Source: Styela clava (lineage: Eukaryota). Taken from it: a DNA stretch of 64,000 bases. Shown here piece after piece: positions 42,126 through 55,800 of this stretch (the first letter of the stretch is position 1; every line of letters starts with the position of its first letter). The position numbers and the translations under genes are program-made. The notes under the pieces were generated by a model. The model was given only the letters and a program-made list of their open reading frames with translations, made no database searches and had not been told where the DNA came from. The stretch spans positions 16,926,001 through 16,990,000 of the forward strand of contig NC_135259.1 in assembly GCF_964204865.1 (NCBI RefSeq), read 5' to 3'.

Positions 42126-42420
42126 AACATGTCATAGTTTGGTAATAGTTTCATACTAAACTCATTACCGTAATTATTACCATAGTAATTAGACTAAAGA
42201 CAATTTTAGCAATGCCAAAAAAAACTATCAAATTTAAAGTTATCATGAATGAAAAACTATAGTTGTACTTGAATATGTATAGTTGTAATTCAAAATAAAG
42301 AGTGTTGAGAAGATTGAAATCCAACAAGCTCAATAGAATTACTATCGGTTTGGGACTAACAGTCCTGAATCCTATTGAATATTATGTTTAATATTAAGTT
42401 TAATAATGTTGCAATCGTAG

Positions 42421-43826
42421 TTAGCACAACCCCTCGAAATCTGTATCAGAGGATTTTACAAAGTACCTCGCCATTGTATCAGAATAATATTCATCCTCTT
42501 TCGACTTGTTTTCAAAATACTTCTTTGCTTTATAGTAAATGTAGAGAAAAAAGAATGGAAATCTGTCAAAAAAGAATTTCCAGAATTCCTCGATTGTCTG
42601 GTCAAATGAGCCTTCTCCCTTGTCTTCGTGATTATGGGTATGTCTATTACGAATAAATCTGAGAAGTTCAGTCACGGTAAATCCAAACTTTTTTGCTTTT
42701 GTCTTCATAGCATCTTTTTGTACCACAACGGAAACCTTTTTTTCTGTATATCTACTTTGGATTTCGTTCAGTTCATCGTCAGTAAACATCAAGTCTTTTT
42801 CCTCCCATTTCTTTAAGTCTGATTTCACGTTATGTGCATACATGTCATCTGATTGAACGTCATCTAAAAATAAATGGGGAGCATCATTTCCATTTTTCTT
42901 GTCGTCAGAATTTTTCCTTTCATTTATTTTTTTCAAAAGTTCCATTCCTTTCATGACATCTCCATAGAACTCTAGTCTACGCTGATCAGACCAGAAGAAC
43001 GGATGCCCAAGAACTTCGATCATTGTAGGTCGAGTTTTAGGATCTCTTTGTAGCATACTTGCAATCAAATCAATGGCAATGTTGCTGTCTGGGGTTTCAT
43101 AAAGTGTTTGTAACGACATTCCAGTGTCATCTTCAATGTATGCTTGCCAACAATGAGGCCTTTTTCCAAAAGGATGCTTTCCATTCGTGAGTATGTAAAA
43201 CATAACTAAACCTGCTGAAAAAACATCAGCATAAATTGATGTAACCGCTTCATCGCCAGATGTTTCTGGAGCTCGCCAGCCGTCAGTACCAACATTAGGC
43301 CTGCTTGCTAAAGTGTTTGATTTACCATGGTCAAGACGTTTGCTAAGCCCAAAATCTGATATCACAACGATGCCATCTTTATATAAAATATTTTGAGGCT
43401 TTAAATCACGATGAAGAATGTGGCGTCCATGTATATGCCTCAACCCTTCTGCCATTCCCTTTACATCAAACTTTCGTTTTGCATAACTGACAATTCTAGT
43501 TTTGATTTTGTCCCAAACACTCTCAGATTCACACTCTTCCATGGCTATATAGATACATTCCTCATAATCAAAGGTAATATCGTCTGATCCAAAATATGTA
43601 ACAACATTTGGATGTCTACTTGCATTTCTCATGTTGTCCACTTCCCTCTTATACAATGCTATGTCACCCAATATTTGAGATTTTCCTACTATTTTAACTA
43701 CAATGTTTTCATCATTTTCCCCTGCAGCTTTCCGACGAGCTCTAAATACTCTTGACCCTTTTCGGATTTGCTCACATCGCTTGAAAGTTATCTCACCATG
43801 TTCAATCGTAATCACACCAGTTGATT
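42421..43826 (-). CDS. Terminal exon: IRE1-like kinase 2 plus KEN endoribonuclease domain
   Basis: VVK, HPNVVTYF, HRDLKPQNIL, ISDFGLSKRL, GTDGWRAPE, GKHPFG, HPFFWSDQRRLEF, ELLRFIRNRHTH, FFDRFPFFFLYIY. Confidence 0.92.
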
Positions 43827-46800
43827 CTGAATTAAAATGAAAATCTAGATCAGGGGTTTCCAAACCAGGGGTCGCGACCCCAAATTGGGTTGGAGTGATA
43901 AGTAGGTAGGGTCGCAAACAGGTCATGGGGTCGCTGAGGTATGGTAAGAGGATGGATGTACAAAACATCTAAGATTTGACAAACCTTGTTAAATTCAGCA
44001 GTTTGTACCATGGCTTACTGTAAAAGAGGCCCATATGCATCGCTCTATGCTTATGCTATGCTTATGCTATAAGAAATGTAGGTGATTATTGTGATTATTG
44101 TTATTGATTATAGACCACAACATGACCAAACTCAAAAGTGCTGTGAAAGAAGCTCTAATAAAGTTTCATGAAAAATATATATATTAACCTGGAGTCGCAC
44201 TGGACACTTGGAAGTTGTCTTTGGGGTCGTTCTGAAAAAAACTTGGGAACCACTGATCTAGAACCACTCATCTGGGAACCACTGGCGCGGCGGTGTGGCT
44301 CAACGGGCTAAGCGTTAGGAATACGCTCGCCACCGCACCGCAATTACTCTGCGTGGGTTCGCAGGCTCGAATCCCATGCAGGGATGGTTATGTGCGAGAG
44401 GATTGCTGGACTCCTCGCCGTCGTTGGGTGGTTCACGTAACCGCTGGTCGGTTACGGCGTCCTCCACCACCAAGTCCATGCTTCCGAAAACAAACAATAT
44501 AACTAATCCCATACCCGACTTGGTTGGAATGGTAACCGGACGAGAGGCCGTGGTTCGCCATCTGGATAAGCCATCTTATCGGCTTTCCTCTCCCCCGGGA
44601 TAAATGTGTAAATCCTAGATGAATGTACTTGCTGCTGTAATATCCTGAGTGAGCAATGTCACATTCTCGAAGAATTTTTTTTTTTTCAAATCATTAGATG
44701 CCATTGCTTGATAAATAGATTTGGTTTCCTGTGGCTACCCTTCCACAGTGAAATTCAGTGTTCCAATTTTTCTTGTATTTTCATATGCATCACTTTTTAA
44801 TTATTGACAATAAAAAAAAACACTACGATGGAGAGGCTGATACCTATCTATAATGAGAATTTTTAAAAAGAAGTGAAAACATTTTTGTACATCCCAAATT
44901 GTACAAAAGGACGAAAATTTAAATATTGATGTGTGGTGATAAGAAATTTCGGTGCTCCCGAAGTATGCGAACCAAGATGGCGGACATCGGAAGGTAACAT
45001 GGGTAACAGGTTAGGGTTAGGCCATAATTTTTTTCCAATTTTCCTTATTTTAGTCCTATTATCAGTTCGAAGACAAGCCAAGAGCCTCCCGTAGTATTTA
45101 TACCTAAAATTATGGCCTAACCCTAACCTAGTACACATATTACATTCTGATGTCCGCCATCTTGGTTCGCATACTTTGGGAGCCCCAAAATTTCCTTCAG
45201 AACAGCGAACTCATCAAGTTTCACTATTAATTTAGTTCATAAGATTATCCAAAATCTGGATATATAATAATTAATAACCTTCAATCACCAAATATTTATT
45301 GCAATAACAACATATAACTCACCATTAGCAGGGTCAGAATGAGTCGAAGGAGAATCTTTTTCATTACATGACATTGTATTTCTCTGAGACTGTTTTTTTG
45401 CAGAATTGGCATCTACGAAAAAAAGTCAGTGATAAAATTCAGGATGCAAAAGAAATAATTATCACAGGAGGTAATTAAAACGGGAGAACGATGGTCTAGC
45501 AATTGAAGCGTTAAACTCAACTTAGTTGGCATCGTACATTACACCTTACAGGTACAAATTCCACATGACCCAGGGTGCAATAAATTGAGTAGGCAATGTT
45601 AAACTGGAATGCTTTTGGTCCCATTTGATTCTTTAAAAAATATCAGCCTACTTCTTGATATATTGTGAGATAAAACTGGCTATCTGCAAACTGCAAAGTA
45701 CCTTATTCTGAGCGAAAAAGGTGAGAAAGCGTATAAAAAGAAAATACATCTAAATTTTCTGTAAGTTTGACATTCAATCTCAAATAATCTCAGATTAAAA
45801 CAAAGCTTGATACAAATGCTTCATGCGTCCAAGATGGGTCATTTAAAAATTAAGCAATTACAATTTCATCCTAAATTTGAATGACAGGAATGAAGATTCC
45901 GTCAAATAGTCTCAGTGGGATATTGATTGATCCAGGAGTCTAAACATTAATACTTCGACCAACTGTATTCAGTTCGAAGAAATGAATGGCATAAGACTAT
46001 CACCAAAGTATAGCAGACAGTAGCTATTAAATTTAAAATATTGCATAACTTTACAAAAACAAAAATTTGTCTTACCCATGACAGAAATACTCTTCCAGTC
46101 ACTCATTTTTCCATATCCTGCTTTATTGTAAGCCACAATTCTTGCACTGTAATTATGGCCTGTTTTTGGACCATCAATCGTAAATCTACAAGTGCTGGAT
46201 TTTTCATCTATAATTTTTTCCTGCGCAATTCTCCACTGAATTTCATATCCATCAGGTTCAATATCAAGTGGATCCCATTCATAAACAATATTTTTCTTAT
46301 CGTCGAACCTTGTCTTAATGTTACAAACTTTGTCTGGAACTGCAGATAAAAAATAGAATATTCATGAACAAAATGTAATTAAATTGGCAACAGATTCCAT
46401 ATTGGACGTGATCGAGACTTGTAAAATTCTTTAGATTTTCTATTAGTACCATACTTTTAGCATAACATAGGTAAAAATTTATAATACACAAAATTAATAT
46501 TTAAATTTTTATCAATGAATTTTAAACTCACAGGTACTAACATAACCGTCAGTCAATGCCTCTTTACTACATGTTTCTCCAACTAAAGCCTTTATTTTAA
46601 TTTTATATGATTCCCCAGGTGTTAGATTTTTCAGTGTGGCATAATGCTCATCTGTTTTCATGCGTGTTACTTCTTCAGAATTCCTCAGAGGTTCCGCTAA
46701 AACTTCATAAGTTTTCTTAATATTTGAGTGATCTTCAAATTCCACACATAGCCCATTTATTTCTTTCTTTGGCAAAACTCTGATATTGTGTGGTGCATAT

Positions 46801-49800
46801 GGTTCTGAAAATATAAAGTCTAGATTAGATCAAGGGAGGCCATAGACAATAATCGCAAGATAATAATCAGCCAGTGAATTGTCACCCATTGCACAGTGTC
46901 TCACTCATGACTGGTTGACTACTCCCATAATTGTACCTGGGTTGGAAACCGGTTGGGAGGCAAAAACAAGATTAAGCCTTGCAGAAAATATGTGTGAAAT
47001 GTCTGATGCTTTTATTCAGCCTATTATACCATGATATGCTGTGGGTCGGTTGGCAAGACAAGAATGTTGGGCATGGTTCACCCAAACTGGGGTCCGGGGA
47101 TCCCTGGGGGTCTGTGATGACTGCACAGGGGGGTCGCAACAATATGAAAAGATTTGATTATGTTTAGTATTTGATTTGCAGTAAAAAAGCCATTGCATCT
47201 CTCGGGTTTAGCGTTGCGGTGAATATCCACTGCTGTCAGATTTCAAAATTGTATTGCTTTTTGCAACGATCTACATCTGTGACTGTGTGAGGAAGCATTA
47301 TCGGCTACCAATACGACAAAATACAGGTCAATCTTGCCGTAGTGCCAACTTACAAACTCGCTTGGCACAAATTGCTCCAAAAATTGATGTTGTGGAGTGA
47401 AAAGCAATCTCATCCATCACAATAATGTTGTTTAATTATCCTTCCTCAATGGTTAGGCCCAGTAATTTATGCGGCATAGAATGAGGGTCTGTCAAAGATA
47501 AGATCCACAAACAGGGGTTCGCAACCCAAAAAATTTGGGAAACTCTTTATCAGGCGATAGGAATAAACTCTGATCATCCTGTGTAGGTTTTCAGACTCAA
47601 ATCCCTTGGAAGACAAGTATGTGCGAAGATTACTGGATTGTGTGGTTCATGTTACAGTTTCCTCCTCCATCAAATCTACAAATCTGGATTATCTCCATAT
47701 AACTGGCTAACTAATCCCATATCTAACATAGATCATCAACAACATATCTAGTCTTGAAATACAAAAATCACCAAATGGGCAAAATATAAAGTATGCGAGA
47801 GTCTGATCTAACTTACTCATTATCATTTGCTTTGTATTGTGATTCAGGTCAAAGACGGAGTTGTAGCCACAATACTGTCTGATTGTATATGTGTTCCCTG
47901 GAACGCCACTTTTGAAGACAAAGTTGTTATTTGTTGGAAAATATTCACTGACAAAGCCATTCTGATTATTTTCAATCTGAAGTTTGAAACAATCAACACC
48001 AGTTGGTTTTTCCCAAGTCATATATGCACATTTAGAAGGATTAGTATCATCAGGGATAATTGCGAAAAATGATGATTTCATTCCACCTACAAAATAAAAT
48101 ATACATTAAAAAATAGGAATTTTGATAAAAAGGTTGCATTTGTTAATTTTTTAAGTTTCAACTTTTCCAGCTGGAGCCTATTAAACATTATATTATCAGT
48201 TCATTTTGTTAGGCCACACACATCAAGCTACACCCTTTATAAGTAATACTTTCTTTCGTAGTTCTTTAAAATTAGGTGAATTTGAATGATATAGATCTTT
48301 TATAACAGACCCTAATTTTATTTCATATAAAACCATAGTTTTGACAGGATTGGGTCAAAAATCCAGTCTTCTTATTTCACCAGATTTCTGCCTCATTTTT
48401 ACTGAAAAATCGTTATTACAGTTCTTCAACTAGTTCTATTTATCTTATATTACAATAATTATCTCCTTAATGTATTATATTTTTTTCACAATACCTATAT
48501 TATAATACTTGTTTTATGACAGTACTGAGGCAGAAATAGCATATTAGAAGCATGTTAAAATCAAGTAGAATTTTCATTGATACACCAAGATCCTAATTTG
48601 TCTTAATTTTAGAACTAACTTGAAATTGAAAAATCGCGTGTGGCAAAAAAGTTTTCAATCATTAGATGTTTTATGTAAAATTGGTTTATTTGCTAATGAA
48701 AATAAGACAAATAAAAGGATATAGTTGGCAGTTAAATACAGACATATCACTCGTACTAGTTTATGGCAACATTTATATTTGAAATTTTATCAACTTTTCT
48801 TTCCTGATAATTCAAGTTTTAAAAAAGTACGGGGAATATTGAATATTATTACTTCGTTAAAAACACTTCCGTACCTATTCGGTAGTATTTGGATGTAGCA
48901 GTTTTTCCAGTTCCACCTGCGTTGAAAGCAGCGACACTGCAGTGAAGCATCGTTCCAGGCTCTAATCTTTCTCCAAAGCTAAAATTTGTTCTGTTTGTTT
49001 CATCTGTTTTAATAACTGACTCTCCTTTGTACAATGCGATCCTGTATCCATCTGGCTTCGCTTCCAATGGCTTCCAGTTTATTTCAAAAAATTTCACAGG
49101 ATGTTGATATTGATCTTCTATCAATTCTACTTTTAATGGTGCTGAAAATAAAATTAATCAAATGATGTAAACCGAAACAAATTAGGATTTAAAATAATTT
49201 CAAAATATTGAAGTGATGTAATAAAGTCTAAATGACATTATTCAAAAATAAGTAAGTTTTCAAAGGACAACATGATGTTTCTTTAGTTGGGATTAAAAAT
49301 AAATAACAGGTCCAGGATCAAAAAACAAATATCCCCATAACTATCCTTTAGGAATTTGATTAGAAATAAAAAAACAGTAAAAACTAGAGCAGTGGTTCCC
49401 AACCTGGGGGTCGCGATCCCCGGCGGGTTTCTAGGGGGTCGCGAGGGTCTTGCAAAACAGTAGAAAATATTAATAATAACTTTAGGTTAAATATTGTCAA
49501 TAGAACGCGAAGAAGTCTGGAATGAACTCTCGTCTTCCTCCGAGAGATATCCACTAGCTTCGCGAGACCCCAGAATATTGCTTCTTGCTTGAAAAACAAA
49601 AAAGACGCGCAAGAAGTTTATGGCATGTTAACCATTGTGACGTCACACAAACTCATCTACATTTCGGCGCTCCGAAATGCGGAAAACACACAGGCCTCTA
49701 AGCAATGCTGTTGAACGCCTTTATTTCGATCCCACGCGGTTTACTGCAGGGTAGGCTTGTAGTTTATGTTGTTTCATTATCATACATCCTGCAGTAACGT

Positions 49801-52800
49801 TATAATTACGTTATTTTATTTACCATGACTAAGAAGCGACAATATTAAAATGAAGTTATGAAATATGTAAGCGGCTTTTCAGCTCTTCCTCATATAAAAA
49901 CAAGGGCACGAAATCAAATGAAAGCCGAGGATGATATGAGATTAGCTTTGTCAAAAACTAAACCACGAATTACGCAGTTGGCTACGCGGTTTCAATGCCA
50001 ACCGTCACATTCAGTAAAACTGCAGGTTGATGAAAAATCAAATTACACAATATTCACTTTGCCAAGTGCAGATTCAAGTATTTTGTGGCGTCCGAAGCTG
50101 CCATAAAACCGTGGTGGGATCTCCAAACCATGGCCGCTATAGCGAAACCCATGGCGACCGACTTTTTAACTGCCACAAACCAATGGCGAGATGCCGTTAC
50201 CACAGCAGCAAATTGAAAACCAAAGGCGGGTGAAATTTTGCTGCCGTAACCACAGCATGTCGGCTGTAACAGCAGGGCTGCCCCTGATGGAGATGAATAT
50301 TGGGTAAGTTGGAACATTTTTCTAATGGATACAGTTTTGGTGGATTTGGGATTAGGTCTGTCAGTATAAATAATTCCGCATGATAAACTAAAATCTGGTA
50401 CACGACTTTGTGAATATACCGGTAGTAGCGTCGTAACCACGGCAAGAGCTGCCATTGGTTTGTTCGTGGCAGGAGCTGCCATGAATTGGTACGAACTGCG
50501 CCTCCACTTTGCCGCTAATTTTATTGATAAGTATAGAAAGCGAGGCAGGGGTCGCGAGGCATGTGTAAACTACCAAAGGGGGTCGCAAGCCAAAAAAGGT
50601 TGGGAACCCTTGCACTAGAGCAATAAGTGCAATGTGCAAAACTTTACCTAGGATGACATCACAATGATGTGACCATTCTCCTCTAATATTGCAACGAATG
50701 CTTCGAACCATCACCATATATTTGCTTCCAGGATATCGACATATATACTCGCAATTTGTTGCAGAAGATTTTAATATATTTTCGGTTGTTTTTTTATCAG
50801 CACAATAAATCTGAACTTCATATTCTTCACATCTTTGTTGAGGTATCCACGATATATGTATGGCAGAACTTGAATTTTCTTCATCCATAACAACTCTTGG
50901 AGTTGCAGTTTTTGCTGGCCCTATTTGAAAAAATGTATATGTCGTTATTACTTTCTTTACAAAGACAAACTATATACTCTCCTATGAAGTTAAATGTTCA
51001 TTTGCCATAATAAGTACATTATGAACTACAGAGGATTTTCATTGTGCTAAACATTCAGAAAACCCCTGTCCTCCTTTAGTTGATAATTGGTCATGTCTGG
51101 TACTATAAACTTTATACCATAAAGCTTCATACACTATCCAAGCCCTTAAATGTAGAACGAATAACTGGTTAACTCTTGCTATACCCAAACTGGATAAGCA
51201 ACTAAATGGGCGGACCTGATATGTTTTTTGACATAAGATTTCCAAGATAAAAAAAAATTCTATCATGGTGAAAATGATATATGAAACAAATATTCCAAGA
51301 ATACTCAATTGAAAGAGCAGTGTTTATTACCTTTTTGAAAGTTCATCAATTACAACAATTTTTATGTAGATGAATTTAGCCAGACATATTACGATATGTT
51401 TGTATTTAACACAGTATTTTGTAATAGTTTTAGTGAGAATAGTACAGGGCCGTTGAAGTATATGAAAGATGGCCAAAATATCTGATAAATCATAGGCGGA
51501 TGCAACAATATTCTTAGGAGCATCTGAGGCGGTTAAGAGCATCGGGAGACAAAGAGATAATGTAAAAGTAATTGAAATGACGTATAAGTGCCGATATTGA
51601 TTGCTAATTTCAGTCAAGGTATGTAAATACCAGAATATTGTATAAAGGTCAAATTCAATTTATATGAAGCTATGCAATTGTTACATATATGTGAAAATGC
51701 AAAAAATATCACATCTCACTAATATTAAACTGAGTACAAGATTTATTCTTTGCTTCAAATCAAAGTGCTGAATATAATTTCAATGATTAGAAAAATCAAC
51801 TACTTAAAGCACTTCAAGATAGTGTTAATTACAGCATTGAACAAAAAGTTTAATTACATATTTAAGTAATAATTTTTTTAAATGTCAAACATGATAATAA
51901 AATTGCGGATGGTCAAATTACTCACTTGATATAACAGTTTCAGAAATGGAAGCTTTCCCTCTCACTTTTCCTGAATTTTCACCCCACATTATAAAGTGAT
52001 ATTTTTCTGCAGGTACTTTCGGATTGAATTTAATCTCGACCACCTTTTTATCTGTGTTACTATGACCTTCAAGTGGGTGACCCTCCAATAACCCATTGCA
52101 ATATGCCTGCACAAAATAGAACGGGCAATCCCTTTCAGCAATACCACATTGGACCATAATGTAATTTCCTTTTTCTTCCAAACTCGCAGTGATATTCTGT
52201 AATTTAGATGGTGCTGCAATAAAAAAGTTATTATATTATTAGGAATGTTATATCGCTACAAGATTTTAGACTTATATACGCTATATCAGTGGTCGGCAAC
52301 CTTTTTCAAGTGACGGACCGGTAAAGCTTGACCAAGTTTTTGGCGGACCCCCATTATACAAACGAACTAAGCCTATGCAATAAATTATACGCATTAGGAA
52401 ACTGTTCCCATATTCGAGATTTGGTCGACATTGACACACGTAACGTGTTTCTTACTTCCAGCCTATTTCAATATTTTGTTTTTGTAGTTATCAATATTGA
52501 AAACTAGGCCTCATTAAGATTTCGGGAAAGTTACCAATGCCTGTATCGTTTTGTTGGGGATATCTTAGTCGGGCTGATGAGAGACATTTTTATACGGGCG
52601 TAGAAAAACAATTGACCCAGCATTATTGCGACATACTGACATGGCAATTGTTTATGAAATCAGACATGTTGCTCAACAGTGTTATGCATTGGTCGGCAAA
52701 CTTCATGTACTTGCGGGCCAAATATAAACATTTCTGGTAGCGTGCGGGCCGCAATATTTCCGCCTTCGAACAATCGCTACCATAATTAAACTTCAAATTA

Positions 52801-55800
52801 TGACGCATTTGCATATTGCATTGCTACCCTTCTAATGCTGTGTTGAAAACCTGTCCAAATGAGATGTATATGTGGCATTTTTTTTATTATCAAACGATAC
52901 ATTATTTTTATGTACTTAATATCAATGTGAAAGATGATATTTTTATGGCAAATCGTCGTCTAAATGATGATGTGACAAGCGAGTACGAAATTTCATCTAA
53001 GAGTAATGCATTTTAGATAAAGCTGCTCGAGGCCTTATGTTCTTCCCAAAGTGCACATTACACAATTTGCACTGTCGCACAGATGAGCTGAGGCGCAGTA
53101 CCGGGTCTCGGGGTCGAATTTTCGACGACTCGCTTCGTAACGAGTTCAACATCAAAACCCTAAACAGCTGCGATGCTGACTGGGCATATCGAGCAAACCG
53201 GTTTGGAATGTGCAAGAAAGAAAAATATTTTTCCATTCAAGCGCTTTGGAATGTTCGACCCGCGTCGCTCTGTTTTCCAGACATTTTCAAGTTTTAGAAA
53301 TCAAAATGAACTCGAACGACATACAACTGACGCTACTTGTTACATAGGAAGCGCCGTACAGCAGCACTTGTCACCACATATAACCGTGTAGAGACAATAA
53401 TAAATTTGAGATTAACTTTTGTTTTATTTATTAAATGTCGGGTCGTTCAAGGGCCGCAACAAATTAGCTCGCGGGCAGAATTTTTTCCGACCCCTGGTGT
53501 TGTGTTTGTCTGGTTTACTGTTGGGTGCTGTTTTTTAGTCGTAGGGTTTGTGATTAGATTGTAGAATTGTAGAGGTTTTATTACGGCATTGTCCCTTTTT
53601 GTTGCACCTCTCTGCGGACCGGCAGTAACCTTTCCGCGGACCGGCGATGGGCCGCGGCCCGGTGGTTGCCGACCACTGTGCTATATAATATACTAATATA
53701 ATATATGTTATGTTATTAGGCCCAGTGCAACAAATGCACAGTCTGGCCACATATCTATTACGATATTTTGTAGAGCAGTATTTTTTAGGAAACTTAGGTA
53801 TACTAAGCAATTCAAGAGTCCTGCAGTGCTGCTTGTCCAAGAGAGTATGGCTTTGGTCGGACAAATTGTTACAAAATACATTTGTGTTATTGCGCAGTAG
53901 GACTCTTGAATTGCATAGTATAGTCGTATTTATTGTTGCTACAGTATCCTTGCATTTTTCGCATGCGGATCCACTACCATAACGACATAGAGCAGGGGTG
54001 GGCAAATTACGGCCCACGGGCGGGATCCGGCCCACCGGAATGTTTCATTCGGCCCACTTGTGATTGCTGAAATTATGACTATAGATTTTATAAATAGAAA
54101 TTTCCGTTAAAAATATCGATGATGTAAATTGAAATTCCATTGAAAATACCGATAACGGATCGTCGGCTAAAGTAAATACGATAATTCCTCACATATTATA
54201 AGCACCTAAATATTATGTGCCAACTCATTCAACAACTCTAGCTCCTGATATATCAGCGTTTGTGCCTGTAAATTTTTTGTGAAATCTAAAAAACCTTTTT
54301 TTCCAGTTTTGAGCTTTTCAATCTCAATTTCCATTTTCCTCTTTTCTTCTTGCATCCACTTCATTTCCTTTTCGTGCTCTCTCCGCATTCTCTCAACATC
54401 CCTCTTTTCTTGTTCATTTTCCAATTTTATCTGCTTTATTCTTTCTTCAAACTCTTCTTTGACTTTTACAACTTCCTTCTCTGGAGCGCTTCGTACTACA
54501 GAACCTAAAAGTAATGGTTTCATTTAGACAGAATAATAAAAACCACAGAGCAAAATTATTTGAATAAACGAAGCAAAAGTGTTTCTGAATGTTATATAAA
54601 GCAAAAATCTTGGGTATTATCACAATATGTCAGGTATGATTTAAGCTAGGCTTTGGGAAAAATATGAAATCTAGATTTTATTAAATGATAATTTCATACA
54701 AAAGTCTTGCAATAAACTTTGTTTCTGACAGAGTTCAAGATTTTTTACCAAGGTGGAATATACAGTGTTCAACCAATTATCCAGATTTTTGATTAAAGAA
54801 ATATTTCGTTAAAAACTATAGAACCTTTCTACTTACCCAGTTTGGGATGAGGGCAAACAAGTTGGCCACGAAAGTATTTATGTTTCCGAATTTGTTCTGT
54901 ATCAGGACGATCCTGTGGTTTCAATGCGAGCATCCAACCAACCAAATCCTCCAGATCCCCTTCTAGTTTGCTCAGGTCACATCCTTGATATCGTTTTATA
55001 TTGAAATTCCAACTATCAGGGTCATTACCGAATGGGTGGGAACCATCGGTCGAAATGAAATGGATTACGAGTGCGGAAGAAAATATGTCCGAATGTTTAG
55101 AACAATAGTCAGAAAGGTATATTTCCGGGGCCCTCCAACCATCAGTGCCAACACGTAGAGTGCTCATTTTGGTTACAAAATGTCCTTTTCTTAACTGTTT
55201 TCCCAAACCAAAGTCAATTATTTTGAGAATTCTCCCATTGTCCGATACCAAGATATTATCTGGTTTGAGGTCACGATGCAGAACTTCATTCATGTGAATA
55301 TGATCGACAGCTTCAACAAATTGTTCTATTTGTTTATGTTTGACTTCGTCAGTCTTAAGCTTTGGATCGTCTTTGACAAAGTCTGTCAAGGTTTTAGATT
55401 TAAAGTATTCCATTGCGATGAATAAATATTCTGTCGGACCAAAGAAATAAGTCCCAGATTGGAGGACAGTTATCACATTTGGGTGGGAACGAAGCTTTCG
55501 GATGATTTCCACTTCTTTCCTATTTTCATCGCTGAGTTTGATAGATTTTATGGCGATTAAATCGAATCCTCGAGAACCTTTATGAGTCTGCAAGCCCCTG
55601 TAAACTTCGCCATACTTTGCTAGTCTTTCATTATAAAGCAGGAACAGGTTATGATCGACGCGAATTGAATCTGTAAAACATAAAATAGTAGGTCTTTGGT
55701 AGATAATTTGATATGTGTGTGAAACACAAATATAGAACACATATTTACAAATCTAGTATATTTGTACATCTAATCCAGGGGTCCGCAACTACGGGGTCGC

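Noticed and set aside
42421-43826. Calling the gene canonical IRE1/ERN1 or RNASEL
   Set aside because: No luminal domain, TM helix or ankyrin repeats; has an extra kinase and FN3 array.
43827-43968. N-terminal 47 aa of the 515-aa ORF as a real protein start
   Set aside because: It runs through a hAT MITE end and a polypyrimidine tract; a phase-1 acceptor at 43827 fits the upstream exons.
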